A DNA stretch of 64,000 nucleotides, taken from positions 280,991-344,990 of the forward strand of contig JBGAJA010000002.1 in the NCBI GenBank assembly GCA_044225175.1. Reading direction: 5' to 3'. The stretch is from Candidatus Omnitrophota bacterium. Lineage in GTDB: Bacteria; Omnitrophota; Gorgyraeia; Zapsychrales; Fredricksoniimonadaceae. Positions within the stretch are counted from its first letter, which is position 1. Each line of letters opens with the position of its first letter. Of the stretch, positions 29,012-39,288 are shown piece by piece. The translations under genes and the position numbers were made by a program. The notes under the pieces are model-generated. The model ran no database searches, had not been told where the DNA came from, and saw nothing but the letters and a program-made list of their open reading frames with translations.

Positions 29012-30811
29012 TTACGTCCTCAAGAATTGTTTATCCAAGAAGCTTTCTTTGATTTCAACAACTGTAGGACGTCCGTGGGGGCAGGTGAAGGGGTCGTGGC
29101 AAGCTAAGAGTTGCTTGCGTTGATAGTCAGCTTGGGAAATGTCCATTTTGTCACCAGTGACGATCGAGGCTTTGCAGGCACGTCGGGCGATTGTGGTGCG
29201 ATCACAGCGGGCAACAGAGTCACCTGATAAAAGCATTCGAACGGAATTTTCAATATTCTTAAGAAGCACGGGTTGTGTTTGAATGGCCAGAGTATCTTCA
29301 TCAAATAGTGACGTTTCAATCCCTACATCTTTCAAATTTTCCTGTGAATTTTCCCATGCGATTTTTTCTGAAGCATTCATTTTAAGCAAAACAGGCGTCA
29401 ACAAAGGCTGAACTTCGATCTTGCCTTGCTTAATTTGATTGTCAAACTTCTCAAACATAATTCTTTCTTGAGCAGCATGTTGATCCACCAAAAACAAGGA
29501 TTGTTCAGATTCGAATAAAAGATATTTACTGATAAAGCTCCCAATAAACCTGGCTTTAGTAAATTTGCTTCGCAGATTATCTTCCGATTTAAAAAAATCT
29601 TCGGAGGCTGTCTTCCAATGACTTGTTTCAAAGCTGCGGCCAATAGCGGACTTTAAAAAACCAGGATTCTGAGAGATCGCAGGAGACGAAGTAGAGAATA
29701 AGGACGCAGGCTCGTCCTTTAAGAAATTGGATTGAGCTTTGTTGATAAAGGTTGCACCCGTTTCCTGGGGACCGATTCCTTCAATGGACTTGGCTTGTCC
29801 TTGCTGCAAAAGCGTATATTCCGTCATATGACGAACAAATGAAATCAAACGACTTTCCTGACGAAGTCGGACTTCACGTTTAGTGGGATGAATATTAGCG
29901 TCCACCTCAGAGGGATCAATTTGAATGTCTAATACAAAAGCAGGATAAACTCCCGGAGGCAAAATCAATCGATAGACATCATTCATATTAAAGCTTAAGT
30001 TTTTGTTTTCCACAGGACGGTTATTCACAAAGATGAATTGCAGATCACGACGGGGACGCTGAACATTGATGCTGCTGACAAGCATGCGTACTGTGGCATT
30101 AAGTTCTGCAAATTCCTGGCTGGCTTCAAATAAATCCTTGTTTGCTAAGTTTAAAGCATGTGACATGCGATCAATGGCAGAAGTGCTGGGGGTCAAATCA
30201 ATGAGGATCTTTCCCGCATGGCTTAACAAAAAACGCTTGGCAGGATAAAGAAGCGTATAAGGCAGAAAAACATTAATGATTTGCTGCATTTCAGAGGCAT
30301 TGTTCTTAAGAAATTTTCGACGAGCTGGCGTATTAAAGAATAATTGGGTGATTTTGATCTCTGTGCCTTGAGAGGACAGGGCTGCGGGTTTTAATTCCAA
30401 GCGTTTGCTTGCCTGCAAATGGATTTCCCAACCATCTTTCCAGCCAGAGGCTGGTCCGCCTTTGGCGGATGTTTTACTTCGAAGAATAATGTCTGAAACA
30501 GCAGCTAATGAATATAAAGCTTCCCCACGAAAGCCCATGGAAGAAAGCTTCTGTAGATCTTCAATGGATTGCAGCTTGCTTGTTGCATGACGCTGAAAGA
30601 TCTGGTCCATGTCGCCTTTGGCAATGCCGCAGCCATCGTCTTTGATGTGAATAAGTTCCTTGCCAGCATCTTTGAGATGGACTTCAATCGAATTTGCCCC
30701 TGCATCGATAGAGTTTTCAACCAATTCTTTGACGACAGACGCAGGACGTTCCACTACCTCACCGGCAGCGATTTTGGCAATGACATCAGAAGAAAGAATT
30801 TTTACAGGCAT
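29012..30811 (-). CDS. mutL: DNA mismatch repair protein MutL
   Basis: The N-terminal GHKL ATPase motifs are present: KELVENSIDAG and DDGCGI. The length is 599 aa. Confidence 0.93.
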   Translation of the reverse strand: MPVKILSSDVIAKIAAGEVVERPASVVKELVENSIDAGANSIEVHLKDAGKELIHIKDDGCGIAKGDMDQIFQRHATSKLQSIEDLQKLSSMGFRGEALYSLAAVSDIILRSKTSAKGGPASGWKDGWEIHLQASKRLELKPAALSSQGTEIKITQLFFNTPARRKFLKNNASEMQQIINVFLPYTLLYPAKRFLLSHAGKILIDLTPSTSAIDRMSHALNLANKDLFEASQEFAELNATVRMLVSSINVQRPRRDLQFIFVNNRPVENKNLSFNMNDVYRLILPPGVYPAFVLDIQIDPSEVDANIHPTKREVRLRQESRLISFVRHMTEYTLLQQGQAKSIEGIGPQETGATFINKAQSNFLKDEPASLFSTSSPAISQNPGFLKSAIGRSFETSHWKTASEDFFKSEDNLRSKFTKARFIGSFISKYLLFESEQSLFLVDQHAAQERIMFEKFDNQIKQGKIEVQPLLTPVLLKMNASEKIAWENSQENLKDVGIETSLFDEDTLAIQTQPVLLKNIENSVRMLLSGDSVARCDRTTIARRACKASIVTGDKMDISQADYQRKQLLACHDPFTCPHGRPTVVEIKESFLDKQFLRT

Positions 30812-30813
30812 AA

Positions 30814-33330
30814 TCAGGTCAATTTTCTTTTAATTTCATCCAATTTCTTCAAGGCATCTAATGGTGTCATGTTATCGATATCAACCGATTCTAACGATGA
30901 ACGCAATTCTTCAACTAAAGGGTCTGATGTGGGTGCAAATAAATCAATTTGTTTCTCATGACGTTTAATGGGTGTTGTTGAACCTAACTCTAATTCGCAA
31001 AGAATTTCTTTGGAACGTTTAATGACATTCTGAGGGATACCTGCTAATTGGGCAACATAGATTCCGTAGGAATCATCACAGCCGCCTTCCACAATTTTGT
31101 GCATGAAGATGATTTGGTCTTTCCATTCCTTAATAGCTACGTTGTAGTTCTTGACTCCAGAGAATTTATCCGCCAAGGCAATCAGTTCATGGAAATGGGT
31201 GGCAAAGAGTGTACGCACTTTTTGCTGTTCTAGATGCTCTGCCAAAGCCCACGCTAAAGATAATCCGTCGCTAGTTGAGGTGCCGCGGCCAATTTCATCT
31301 AAGATAACCAGCGATCGTGGTGTTAGGTTATTGAGAATATCAGCAGCTTCTGTCATCTCAACCATAAATGTGCTTTGATTTTTGGAAATATCGTCATGAG
31401 CGCCAATGCGAGTGAAAATCTTGTCCACTAATCCTATGGAAGCAGAACCCGCGGGAATAGGCGCGCCCATTTGGGCCATTAAAACAAGAATAGCCGTTTG
31501 GCGAATGTACGTGCTTTTGCCTGCCATATTAGGGCCTGTCAAAATGATTAATTGATTGTCTTTTGTATCTAGAAAGGTATCGTTGGCAATAAAGTTTTCC
31601 GTCACTGTATGTTCAACCACAGGATGACGACCGTCTTTAATATCGATTGTCATGGAATCATTGAGGCTAGGGAAGATATATCCACGGCTTTTACTTAAAG
31701 AGGATAAAGACAGGATGCAATCTAAGAAAGCAATCTGAGTCGAATAGTTATGGAGATGGGGAACTTCATCCAAAATAGCTTTCTCAACCGACTGCAGAAT
31801 CTTTTTTTCGATGGAAAGGATTCTATCTTGTGCTGTTAAGAATTTCTCTTCATAGTCTTTGAGTTCTTGGGTAATGTAACGCTCACCATTGGCCAAAGTC
31901 TGTTTTCGGATGTAATGGGAGGGGGCTGATTTTTGATGGGTTTTGGAAATTTCAATGTAGTAGCCAAAGACATTATTAAAGCCTACCTTCAAAGAATTAA
32001 TTCCACTTTTCTTGATTTCTTCTGCTTGATAATTGGCAAGCCACTGACGTGCATTGTCCTGCAATCCGCGAAGATCATCTAATTCTTTGTCTATTCCTAG
32101 TTGAATGATTTTTCCTTCAGGTTTTGCTAAAGGAACATCAGGGTTAATGGTTTGAGTAAGAAGTTCACGCAGTTTCTCTAAATCACTAACAACTAATAAA
32201 GGATGACTAATTGTGGAGAGGGTTTCGGCAATCAAAGGTCCTCTCAAAAGACCGTTTCGCAGGGCCAGAATATCTTTAATGCTGCAGCAGCCGCAACTGA
32301 TTCTTGAAAGCGCCTTTTCTAGATCAGGCATATTCTGTAAGCATTCAATTAATCGTGTTTCTGTTTTTGAGTTTTCAGATAAATGTTTAACAGCTAATTG
32401 TCTCTCTTGAATGGCTTGAGCATTTTTTAAAGAATGAAACATCCAAAATCGAAAAAGTCTATGTCCCATGGGGGTATGAGTGTGGTCAAGCGTCTTAAGC
32501 AATTCCTCAAGTTCAAGTCCATAGTGGGCGGCGGGTGAAATGAACATAAAATCATTTGCTGTATAGAGAGACAGACGATGAATATGTTTGAGAGATGTTT
32601 TATTCGCTAAGCGTAAGTATTCGAGCAAAGCCCCAGAAGCACTGATCGCTAGCGGCTTCTGGTCTAACCCAAAACCATTTAAGTTAAGGACCCCAAAGTG
32701 GGAGCAAAGATTTTTATTAGAAACGTCCCAATGGAAATGCCAATCATCCATAGGGCTTAAAGAAATATTTTTGATTTTTAAAAGGGGATGGGCAAATAAA
32801 GCACGAATTTGTTCTTCCTGGGAAGATGGATAAATGCATTCGTAAACGGCCAGCTTAGAAATAATTTCAAGGGCACTTTTTAAAGAGCATTCATTGGACT
32901 GCAAGATACCCCCTGTATTGTCACAGAAGCAAAATCCTAGGCGATCTTTAGATATATAAAGAGAAAGAAGGGAGCGGGCCTGTGTTTCTTCATCGAGGAA
33001 TGTCCCGGCGCTAATGACCCGGATCACATCTCGCTTGACCAATCCCTTTGCAAGGGCAGGATCTTCGACCTGTTCACAGATGGCCACTTTTCGTCCAGCC
33101 TTAATCAATTTAGCAATATAGTTTTCCGATGAATGATAGGGCACCCCACACATAGGAATTTTGCCACTGTCTTGGCCGCGGGAGGTCAGTACTAGATCTA
33201 ATAGAGAAGAGGCATCTTTAGCATCATCAAAAAACATTTCATAGAAATCCCCTAAGCGGAAAAATACAATCGAGTCTTTATGGCGGGATTTGATTTCGTG
33301 ATACTGCTTAATCATGGGAGTTGTTTCCAT
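30814..33330 (-). CDS. mutS: DNA mismatch repair protein MutS
   Basis: The N-terminus is TPMIKQYHEIKSRHKDSIVFFRLGDFYEMFFDDA. The Walker A motif GPNMAGKST is present. The length is 838 aa. It lies immediately upstream of mutL on the same strand. Confidence 0.95.
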   Translation of the reverse strand: METTPMIKQYHEIKSRHKDSIVFFRLGDFYEMFFDDAKDASSLLDLVLTSRGQDSGKIPMCGVPYHSSENYIAKLIKAGRKVAICEQVEDPALAKGLVKRDVIRVISAGTFLDEETQARSLLSLYISKDRLGFCFCDNTGGILQSNECSLKSALEIISKLAVYECIYPSSQEEQIRALFAHPLLKIKNISLSPMDDWHFHWDVSNKNLCSHFGVLNLNGFGLDQKPLAISASGALLEYLRLANKTSLKHIHRLSLYTANDFMFISPAAHYGLELEELLKTLDHTHTPMGHRLFRFWMFHSLKNAQAIQERQLAVKHLSENSKTETRLIECLQNMPDLEKALSRISCGCCSIKDILALRNGLLRGPLIAETLSTISHPLLVVSDLEKLRELLTQTINPDVPLAKPEGKIIQLGIDKELDDLRGLQDNARQWLANYQAEEIKKSGINSLKVGFNNVFGYYIEISKTHQKSAPSHYIRKQTLANGERYITQELKDYEEKFLTAQDRILSIEKKILQSVEKAILDEVPHLHNYSTQIAFLDCILSLSSLSKSRGYIFPSLNDSMTIDIKDGRHPVVEHTVTENFIANDTFLDTKDNQLIILTGPNMAGKSTYIRQTAILVLMAQMGAPIPAGSASIGLVDKIFTRIGAHDDISKNQSTFMVEMTEAADILNNLTPRSLVILDEIGRGTSTSDGLSLAWALAEHLEQQKVRTLFATHFHELIALADKFSGVKNYNVAIKEWKDQIIFMHKIVEGGCDDSYGIYVAQLAGIPQNVIKRSKEILCELELGSTTPIKRHEKQIDLFAPTSDPLVEELRSSLESVDIDNMTPLDALKKLDEIKRKLT

Positions 33331-33387
33331 AGGGCAATTTTATAGCACACATTTGAATAATGGTAAATAGGCAAAAATTTGGTCAGC

Positions 33388-33416
33388 TTGACGACGAGCA
33401 TATAGGGTGTTATACT
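33388..33416 (+). promoter_or_regulatory. Sigma70-like promoter candidate (TTGACG, 17-nt spacer, TATACT) about 80 nt upstream of the 33497 CDS
   Basis: The hexamers and spacing were read directly from the sequence. The promoter sits in the divergent intergenic region between mutS and the secreted-protein gene. Confidence 0.4.
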
Positions 33417-33496
33417 TCGATATCTTAGTCGCTATTGCAGTAAAAAAGGACAAAGATTTTTTGATGTAAACCATTTGATACCAAGGATTTTAGTTC

Positions 33497-33955
33497 ATGA
33501 AGAAAACCCTCCTTATCCTGGCCTTTTTAACCACTATTTTTTCTATGAATGTTTATGCACAATCCAATGTGTCCATGCGCACAATAGCGGCAGATCAGCT
33601 TTATCAATATGGCCAAGCTATTTACGATCGTGGAAACTATAGCGAAGCTGCAGTCATTGTCTCAAGAGTGCTTAAGTTGGCGCCACAGCATGAAGGAGCA
33701 AGGCAAATAGCTGAAAAACTCAATAAAAAAGGTGCACGTATTACTATTCCGCCCGCACCCGTGCAACCTGAGGTGAAAGCAGTGGTTCCTCAAGTTAAGA
33801 AAACAATTACAAATCCACCACCACAACAATCTATGACCAATCAAGATTTGCATCAAGATATTCAATCTGCTAACCAAGCCATTGATACGCTTAAAAGCGA
33901 GGTGGCTGACCTAAGAAGTCAATTATCCCAAGGACAAGACGCTACTCTAAAATAA
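33497..33955 (+). CDS. Small secreted protein with a TPR-like/coiled-coil region and a signal peptide
   Basis: MKKTLLILAFLTTIFSMNVYAQ is a signal-peptide-like N-terminus. A proline-rich linker and a C-terminal coiled-coil heptad region follow. Confidence 0.6.
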   Translation: MKKTLLILAFLTTIFSMNVYAQSNVSMRTIAADQLYQYGQAIYDRGNYSEAAVIVSRVLKLAPQHEGARQIAEKLNKKGARITIPPAPVQPEVKAVVPQVKKTITNPPPQQSMTNQDLHQDIQSANQAIDTLKSEVADLRSQLSQGQDATLK

Positions 33956-33980
33956 CATTTCAAATGAAGGATTTAATCTC

Positions 33981-36900
33981 ATGAAGAAAACTTTTCATAT
34001 TTGTCTCTCAACCCTGTTTCTTTTAAGCACCATTCCAAGCCAAATATGGGCTGCCCCCGTCATAGATGCGCCGCCTATTTATGTCAGAGTAGTTGACTTA
34101 AACAATCAGGTGACAGAGCTCAAGCGCGATGTTCTTAATCAAGAACGGGTGAATCGTGATGAAGAGATTGCAGCTAGAGAATTGGCCCAAGAAAATGCAT
34201 TGTTGATTCGAAAAATTGAAGAGTCTCAGAAAAATGCCCTACATAATGCCCCAACCAGCGACTTATTTACAACCATTGACACCATGAAGCAGTTAAAAGA
34301 GGTCATGGAAGATTATGGCCGTAAGTTGGATAATCGCAATCAAACGATGATTGCCCGCAATGAAGAGATTTCTTCCCTACGTGCCAGGATCGATAAACTC
34401 GAACATCTTTTCGATGAAGTCATCAAGCTTTATAACAATACGCAAGCAATGAAAAATCCTCCCCTTGCGCAGGAAATTCCAGCAAATTCCTTGGTGGCCA
34501 GCTTAGAAGAACAAAAAGAAGAGTTGTTATCAAAAAACAAATTCCTCTCCGAGAAATATAAACAATTGATGGAGTATAAACAGGAATTGGCCAATACCAA
34601 AGATCAGCTACGTAAGCTGCAGGCAGAGAAAATACAACCACCTTTAGCTGTTGTGGTTCAAAAAGAACCTGGCGTAAACAATAATGAAGAAATACAAGAC
34701 TATAAACAGCAATTAGCGGATGCAAAAGACCAGATTAATAAACTTCAGAGAGAAAAAACACAATCACCCTTAGCGGTTGCTGTAGTTGAAAAAGAAGCCA
34801 AAGCAAATAATAAGCAAGAAACGCTTATGTATAAACAGCAATTAGCAGATGCTAAAGACCAAGTTACTCAATTGCAGTCAGAGCACAAAGATCTTTTAGA
34901 AAGTGTAGATCAATTAAAGTCTCAAATTAAGAAAATCAGAGATATGCAGTCTTCTCTTGAGGAGAAAGACCAGCGATTAGGTCAAATGAATGAGATGATG
35001 TTTCAAAAAGACCGACAAATTGCAGAGCTTAAGAATGATTTGTCCCAAGCCAATGAGAATTTGAATAAAGCCAAAGCAGAAATTGCCCTAAAAGACAATA
35101 CAATCAAGGGCCAGCAAGCAGCCTTAAGTAAACAACAGCAAACTCTAGCAAATCTCCAGCAGGAAGTTTTAGATGTTAGAGCAAATATTAAGAAAGTTCA
35201 GTCTAATTATAGTGAGGATCAAGGCGGTTTTGAACGCATTCGTCAAAACATTGTAGCTTTGAAGTCTAAGTTAAATGAAGCTCAAGGCCGTGCTGCATTG
35301 GCTAGTACCCAAGAAGTTGAAATGATTAAACTGAAAGGTGATATTGCAGCTTTGACATACCAGCTTCAAAATGCCCAAGAAGATTTAGTTGAATATAAAA
35401 ACACAGTGGCCCAACAAAAGAAGATCGTTGCTGAACAAAAGACTCTCATTGATCAGCAAAAAGCTGCTATTGAAGAACATAAAGCCATCATTGAGCAAGA
35501 ACGAGTGATCATTGAGAAAGAAAAACAAACGATCCATGAACATAAAAATGCTATTGATTTGCTTAACAGTCAATCTCTCCAGAAGGAACAAGGATTAAAA
35601 GATAAGGATGTGAAAATTGAAGGGTTGAATTTGCTGGTGCGTTCACAAGATCAAGATTTGAAGAATAAAGAGCTCCAGATGGCTCAAATTGAGCAACAGA
35701 AAGTTCAAGAGATTTCCACATATAAGAACATGGTAGGAAATCTGAAAGAAAATCTGCAATCTTTGATACAGCAAATCAACGCATTAAAAGATGATGTGGC
35801 TAATTCTTTTAATATTCAAGCTCAGATGAAAGAACGCGTGGGGCTGCAGGATATTTTGCTTTCTAAATATCGAGTTTTAGAAGATTTAGCCTCACAAAAA
35901 TGTGAACTGCTCATGCAGCTAGCTATCAAATTTAAGGACCGAAGAGAATATTACAAAGATCAGCTTAAGAAAACAGTAGTGTACTGGCAGGATTTGAATT
36001 CACAAAGCGAAGGGCAAATGGAAGGCTTAAAAAAAGAAATCTCTTCCAAGCAAGAACAGTTAGATGAAATCCAGAAACAATTTGAAGCCAATAAGGCTAA
36101 GAGCGCTCAATTAGAGGGCATGTTAGATGTGTATCAAAAGAAAATTGATGAGGGTGATGTTCAGGCCAAAGAGAAGACCAAACAAATCGATCAACTTCAA
36201 GGAGATTTACAAACCGCTTTAGATGCCGTTGATCAACGACAAAAAGACATTGTAAAGGTCAGAGACTATTTTTATGAACTCGAGAAGAAATCTTCAGAGA
36301 AAAGCAAGGAATTGCGAGAGAAGAATCAGGAACTTGCTTTACTTAATGCAAGTTTAGAAGGCAAAAAAGAAAGCATCTCCCAATTAAATGCTAGACTTGC
36401 CTCCATTGAAGCAAAATTAAAAACGTCAATTGATTCAAGTGCTTTGGATCAACACAAAGAACAGATGACGGCCTTGCAGGAGAAATTGACTGTTGCTGAA
36501 GAAAAACTCAAGACAACTGTCGATCAAGCAGAATTGAATCAAACTAAAGAATTCCTTAAATCATCTACAGATGAAATGACGGAACTCAAGAATTCTTTAA
36601 AAGATAAAGAAATGCAAATTGAACAAATCAAGAAAGATAATGTAGATAATGTTTCGCTTCAAAAAAGTTTATCGGAAGCTAAAGAGAAAATAACCAAACT
36701 AATGGAGGATTCTTACTACAAAGATAAGCAAATCCAGCGTCTGAACATGCTCGTTTCGCAAAAAGACAAAACGAAGAACAAGGATGCAAAGATTAAGGAA
36801 TTGACCAAACAAATCGATGAGCGTAATCAACAAATTAGTTCACTCAAACAGCAGATAGAAAATTTGCAAAAGCCAACACCCATGACCAAAGAGGACAGAG

Positions 36901-37079
36901 ACATAGGTGTTTTAAAGAAGCAGCTAGAACTCGCTCAAAAAGAAACTGCACAAGCCAGAGCAACGGCCAGAGATAAAAATAAACAAGCTAAAGAATTAAA
37001 TGACCAAATCGTCATTCTCCACAAACAAATCCAAGAGCTTCAAAAGAACATCGATTCCTTACGAAATATTTCAAAATAA
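33981..37079 (+). CDS. Large secreted coiled-coil protein (1032 aa)
   Basis: The protein has a signal peptide (MKKTFHICLSTLFLLSTIPSQIWA). Almost all of it is Q/E/K-rich heptad-repeat sequence. Confidence 0.75.
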   Translation: MKKTFHICLSTLFLLSTIPSQIWAAPVIDAPPIYVRVVDLNNQVTELKRDVLNQERVNRDEEIAARELAQENALLIRKIEESQKNALHNAPTSDLFTTIDTMKQLKEVMEDYGRKLDNRNQTMIARNEEISSLRARIDKLEHLFDEVIKLYNNTQAMKNPPLAQEIPANSLVASLEEQKEELLSKNKFLSEKYKQLMEYKQELANTKDQLRKLQAEKIQPPLAVVVQKEPGVNNNEEIQDYKQQLADAKDQINKLQREKTQSPLAVAVVEKEAKANNKQETLMYKQQLADAKDQVTQLQSEHKDLLESVDQLKSQIKKIRDMQSSLEEKDQRLGQMNEMMFQKDRQIAELKNDLSQANENLNKAKAEIALKDNTIKGQQAALSKQQQTLANLQQEVLDVRANIKKVQSNYSEDQGGFERIRQNIVALKSKLNEAQGRAALASTQEVEMIKLKGDIAALTYQLQNAQEDLVEYKNTVAQQKKIVAEQKTLIDQQKAAIEEHKAIIEQERVIIEKEKQTIHEHKNAIDLLNSQSLQKEQGLKDKDVKIEGLNLLVRSQDQDLKNKELQMAQIEQQKVQEISTYKNMVGNLKENLQSLIQQINALKDDVANSFNIQAQMKERVGLQDILLSKYRVLEDLASQKCELLMQLAIKFKDRREYYKDQLKKTVVYWQDLNSQSEGQMEGLKKEISSKQEQLDEIQKQFEANKAKSAQLEGMLDVYQKKIDEGDVQAKEKTKQIDQLQGDLQTALDAVDQRQKDIVKVRDYFYELEKKSSEKSKELREKNQELALLNASLEGKKESISQLNARLASIEAKLKTSIDSSALDQHKEQMTALQEKLTVAEEKLKTTVDQAELNQTKEFLKSSTDEMTELKNSLKDKEMQIEQIKKDNVDNVSLQKSLSEAKEKITKLMEDSYYKDKQIQRLNMLVSQKDKTKNKDAKIKELTKQIDERNQQISSLKQQIENLQKPTPMTKEDRDIGVLKKQLELAQKETAQARATARDKNKQAKELNDQIVILHKQIQELQKNIDSLRNISK
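34575..34960 (+). repeat. Three tandem units of about 126-129 nt (about 43 aa) inside the coiled-coil gene
   Basis: Units start at 34575, 34701 and 34830 with tataaacag(g/c)aattagc. They encode YKQ(E/Q)LA(N/D)(T/A)KDQ...LQ..K.Q.PLAV.VV.KE. Confidence 0.6.
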
Positions 37080-37082
37080 TAT

Positions 37083-37118
37083 GTAGGGAGCAGGCTTGCC
37101 TGTTCCCTACTTTACCTA
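37083..37118. terminator. Bidirectional rho-independent terminator between convergent genes
   Basis: gtagggagcagg-cttg-cctgttccctac forms a 12-bp stem with one mismatch. A T-rich tract (tttacctattttatt) follows. The hairpin lies between the stop at 37079 (+ strand) and the stop at 37121 (- strand). Confidence 0.55.
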
Positions 37119-37120
37119 TT

Positions 37121-38659
37121 TTATTGGGTAATCCTGTCTAATGCTCTATAACCAATGGCTTCGGCAATATGGTGAGATAGGATGTTGTCACAGTCTCCTA
37201 AATCGGCGATTGTTCGCGCCACTTTAAGAATTTTATCGTGGGCACGAGCAGAGAGACCTAATGTATCAATGGCTTTTTTAAGTAGTTCTTTTGATTGTTC
37301 ATCCAATATGCAGAATTTTTTTAGGTCTTCTGTCGTCATATGGGCATTGGTATGGACAGATGGATTAGAGAAGCGTTGGGACTGAATAGATCTGGCCTTG
37401 ACCGTACGTTTTTTTATTTCATTAGACGTAGAAACGCAAGATTTTGCGTCTCTATCTAATATTTCATGTGTCTTCAATGCCGGAACCTGCAAATGCAAAT
37501 CAATACGATCCAGCATAGGTCCTGAAATCTTGGTGAAATATTTCTGGATTTCTATGGAGGAACATTGACAAGGTTTTACGTGACTTAAAAGCCAGCCACA
37601 CGGGCATGGATTCATCGCTGCAATCAACATGAAGCCCGCTGGAAAACGAAGGGATTTGCTGGCACGTGCGACGGTGACATGAAGGTCTTCCATGGGTTGA
37701 CGAAGAACCTCCAGGACATGCCTGGAAAATTCACCAAGCTCATCTAAGAACAACACACCATTATGAGCAAGAGTAACTTCACCTGGCCTTGGATTTGATC
37801 CGCCGCCGATTAAGGCAATGTCGGAGGCTGTATGATGAGGACAGCGAAAAGGTCTAGAGGTCACAATACCCTGTTGGTTTTTGATAAGACCCATGACGGA
37901 GTAAATCTTGGTTGTTTCTAAGGCTTCTTCTAATGTCATATCTGGAAGGATAGATGGCAGGCGTTTAGCAAGCATGGTTTTGCCGCTTCCTGGAGGGCCA
38001 ATCATTAAACAGTTGTGACCCCCCGCAGCAGCAATTTCAAGCCCCCGCTTGACGTGATTTTGACCTTTTACGTCAGAGAAATCGATGGAATAGATCTGTT
38101 CATTGGCTAAAGGAGTAATTCCCTCAGAAACTATCTGTGAAAGGCTATCTGGAGCGCTTAAGAAATGAATGACCTCTTTTAAGTGAGAAGCGGGATAAAT
38201 TTTGACAGTATTAGCCAGGGCTGCTTCCTTGGCGTTTTGGGTTGGCACGATTAATCCTTTATAAAGCTTAGGATCACAGGCCAGCGCTATAGGCAGGGCG
38301 CCATTAATAGGCCGAATCCGGCCATCCAGGGCCAGTTCACCTAAAAAGGCATATCCATTGAGACTTTCAGCTGGAATTTGTTCTGAGCTAGCCAGAATGC
38401 TCAAAGCAATGGCCACATCAAAAGATGGTCCAGCTTTTTTGATATCAGCAGGTGCCAGATTGACTGTCAGTCTCCCATTGGGGAATGTCAAACCGCTGTT
38501 TTTGATAGCCAAACGCACACGTTCACGGCTTTCTTTAAGGGCATTGTCCGGCAAGCCTACAATGGTCATTAAAGGCAGGCCGCTTGTAATATCTGATTCG
38601 ATGGTGACACAAAACGCCTCAAGTCCACTTAAGGAAAAACTACTAGTTTTGGCAAGCAT
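37121..38659 (-). CDS. YifB/ComM family Mg-chelatase-like AAA+ ATPase
   Basis: The Walker A motif GPPGSGKTML is present. The length is 512 aa and the architecture is characteristic of YifB. Confidence 0.88.
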   Translation of the reverse strand: MLAKTSSFSLSGLEAFCVTIESDITSGLPLMTIVGLPDNALKESRERVRLAIKNSGLTFPNGRLTVNLAPADIKKAGPSFDVAIALSILASSEQIPAESLNGYAFLGELALDGRIRPINGALPIALACDPKLYKGLIVPTQNAKEAALANTVKIYPASHLKEVIHFLSAPDSLSQIVSEGITPLANEQIYSIDFSDVKGQNHVKRGLEIAAAGGHNCLMIGPPGSGKTMLAKRLPSILPDMTLEEALETTKIYSVMGLIKNQQGIVTSRPFRCPHHTASDIALIGGGSNPRPGEVTLAHNGVLFLDELGEFSRHVLEVLRQPMEDLHVTVARASKSLRFPAGFMLIAAMNPCPCGWLLSHVKPCQCSSIEIQKYFTKISGPMLDRIDLHLQVPALKTHEILDRDAKSCVSTSNEIKKRTVKARSIQSQRFSNPSVHTNAHMTTEDLKKFCILDEQSKELLKKAIDTLGLSARAHDKILKVARTIADLGDCDNILSHHIAEAIGYRALDRITQ

Positions 38660-38742
38660 GATGGATGTTCCTAATTGGGGAAGTTAAATGATAGGTATCA
38701 ATTTACAGCAATTTTGACGCTGGGGAAGCATCAAAGCAACGC

Positions 38743-38770
38743 TTGCTTTTTGAGGAAGCAAAGTTATAAT
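38743..38770 (+). promoter_or_regulatory. Sigma70-like promoter candidate (TTGCTT, 16-nt spacer, TATAAT) upstream of the DUF212 gene
   Basis: The hexamers were read from the sequence at 38743-48 and 38765-70. Confidence 0.35.
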
Positions 38771-38821
38771 ACAGGCTAACAAATTCGAGTTTTTTCGTCA
38801 ATAATTAATTAATAAGGCTGC

Positions 38822-39283
38822 ATGGATCTCCCACACACACATTCCTTTGGGCCAGAAATCTGGCACAATAAAATCTTTTTAGTGACTCTTTTGGTTTGGA
38901 TATTAGCCCAAACGACTAAGGTGATTATTGGTGTTTTTCAAGAGAGGAAGTTTAACTTCCGCTGGTTTATTGGGACAGGTGGAATGCCTTCTTCTCATGC
39001 GGCTGGGGTAACTGCTTTGGCATGTTCTATGGGAATTGAATATGGTTTTGATGGTCCTCTTTTTGCCATTGCAGCAGCATTTGCCCTTGTCACCATGTTT
39101 GATGCTCAAGGGGTACGACGATCAGCTGGCCAGCAGGCATCTGTTCTTAATAAAATGATGGAAGACATTTATTGGAAGGGTCAGATTGAAGAGAAAAGGC
39201 TTTTGGAACTTGTTGGACACACTCCCATCCAAGTTTTAGCAGGGTTTGTTTTTGGCATTATTTGTACATTATTTTTATATTAA
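38822..39283 (+). CDS. DUF212 / divergent PAP2 (acid phosphatase-vanadium haloperoxidase related) membrane protein
   Basis: GGMPSSHAAGVTALA is the hallmark DUF212 motif. The length is 153 aa. Confidence 0.75.
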   Translation: MDLPHTHSFGPEIWHNKIFLVTLLVWILAQTTKVIIGVFQERKFNFRWFIGTGGMPSSHAAGVTALACSMGIEYGFDGPLFAIAAAFALVTMFDAQGVRRSAGQQASVLNKMMEDIYWKGQIEEKRLLELVGHTPIQVLAGFVFGIICTLFLY

Positions 39284-39288
39284 GGAGA

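Noticed and set aside
37182-38687. Plus-strand ORFs (37182-37385, 38358-38687) inside yifB/comM
   Set aside because: They are antisense to a full-length, motif-rich AAA+ gene.
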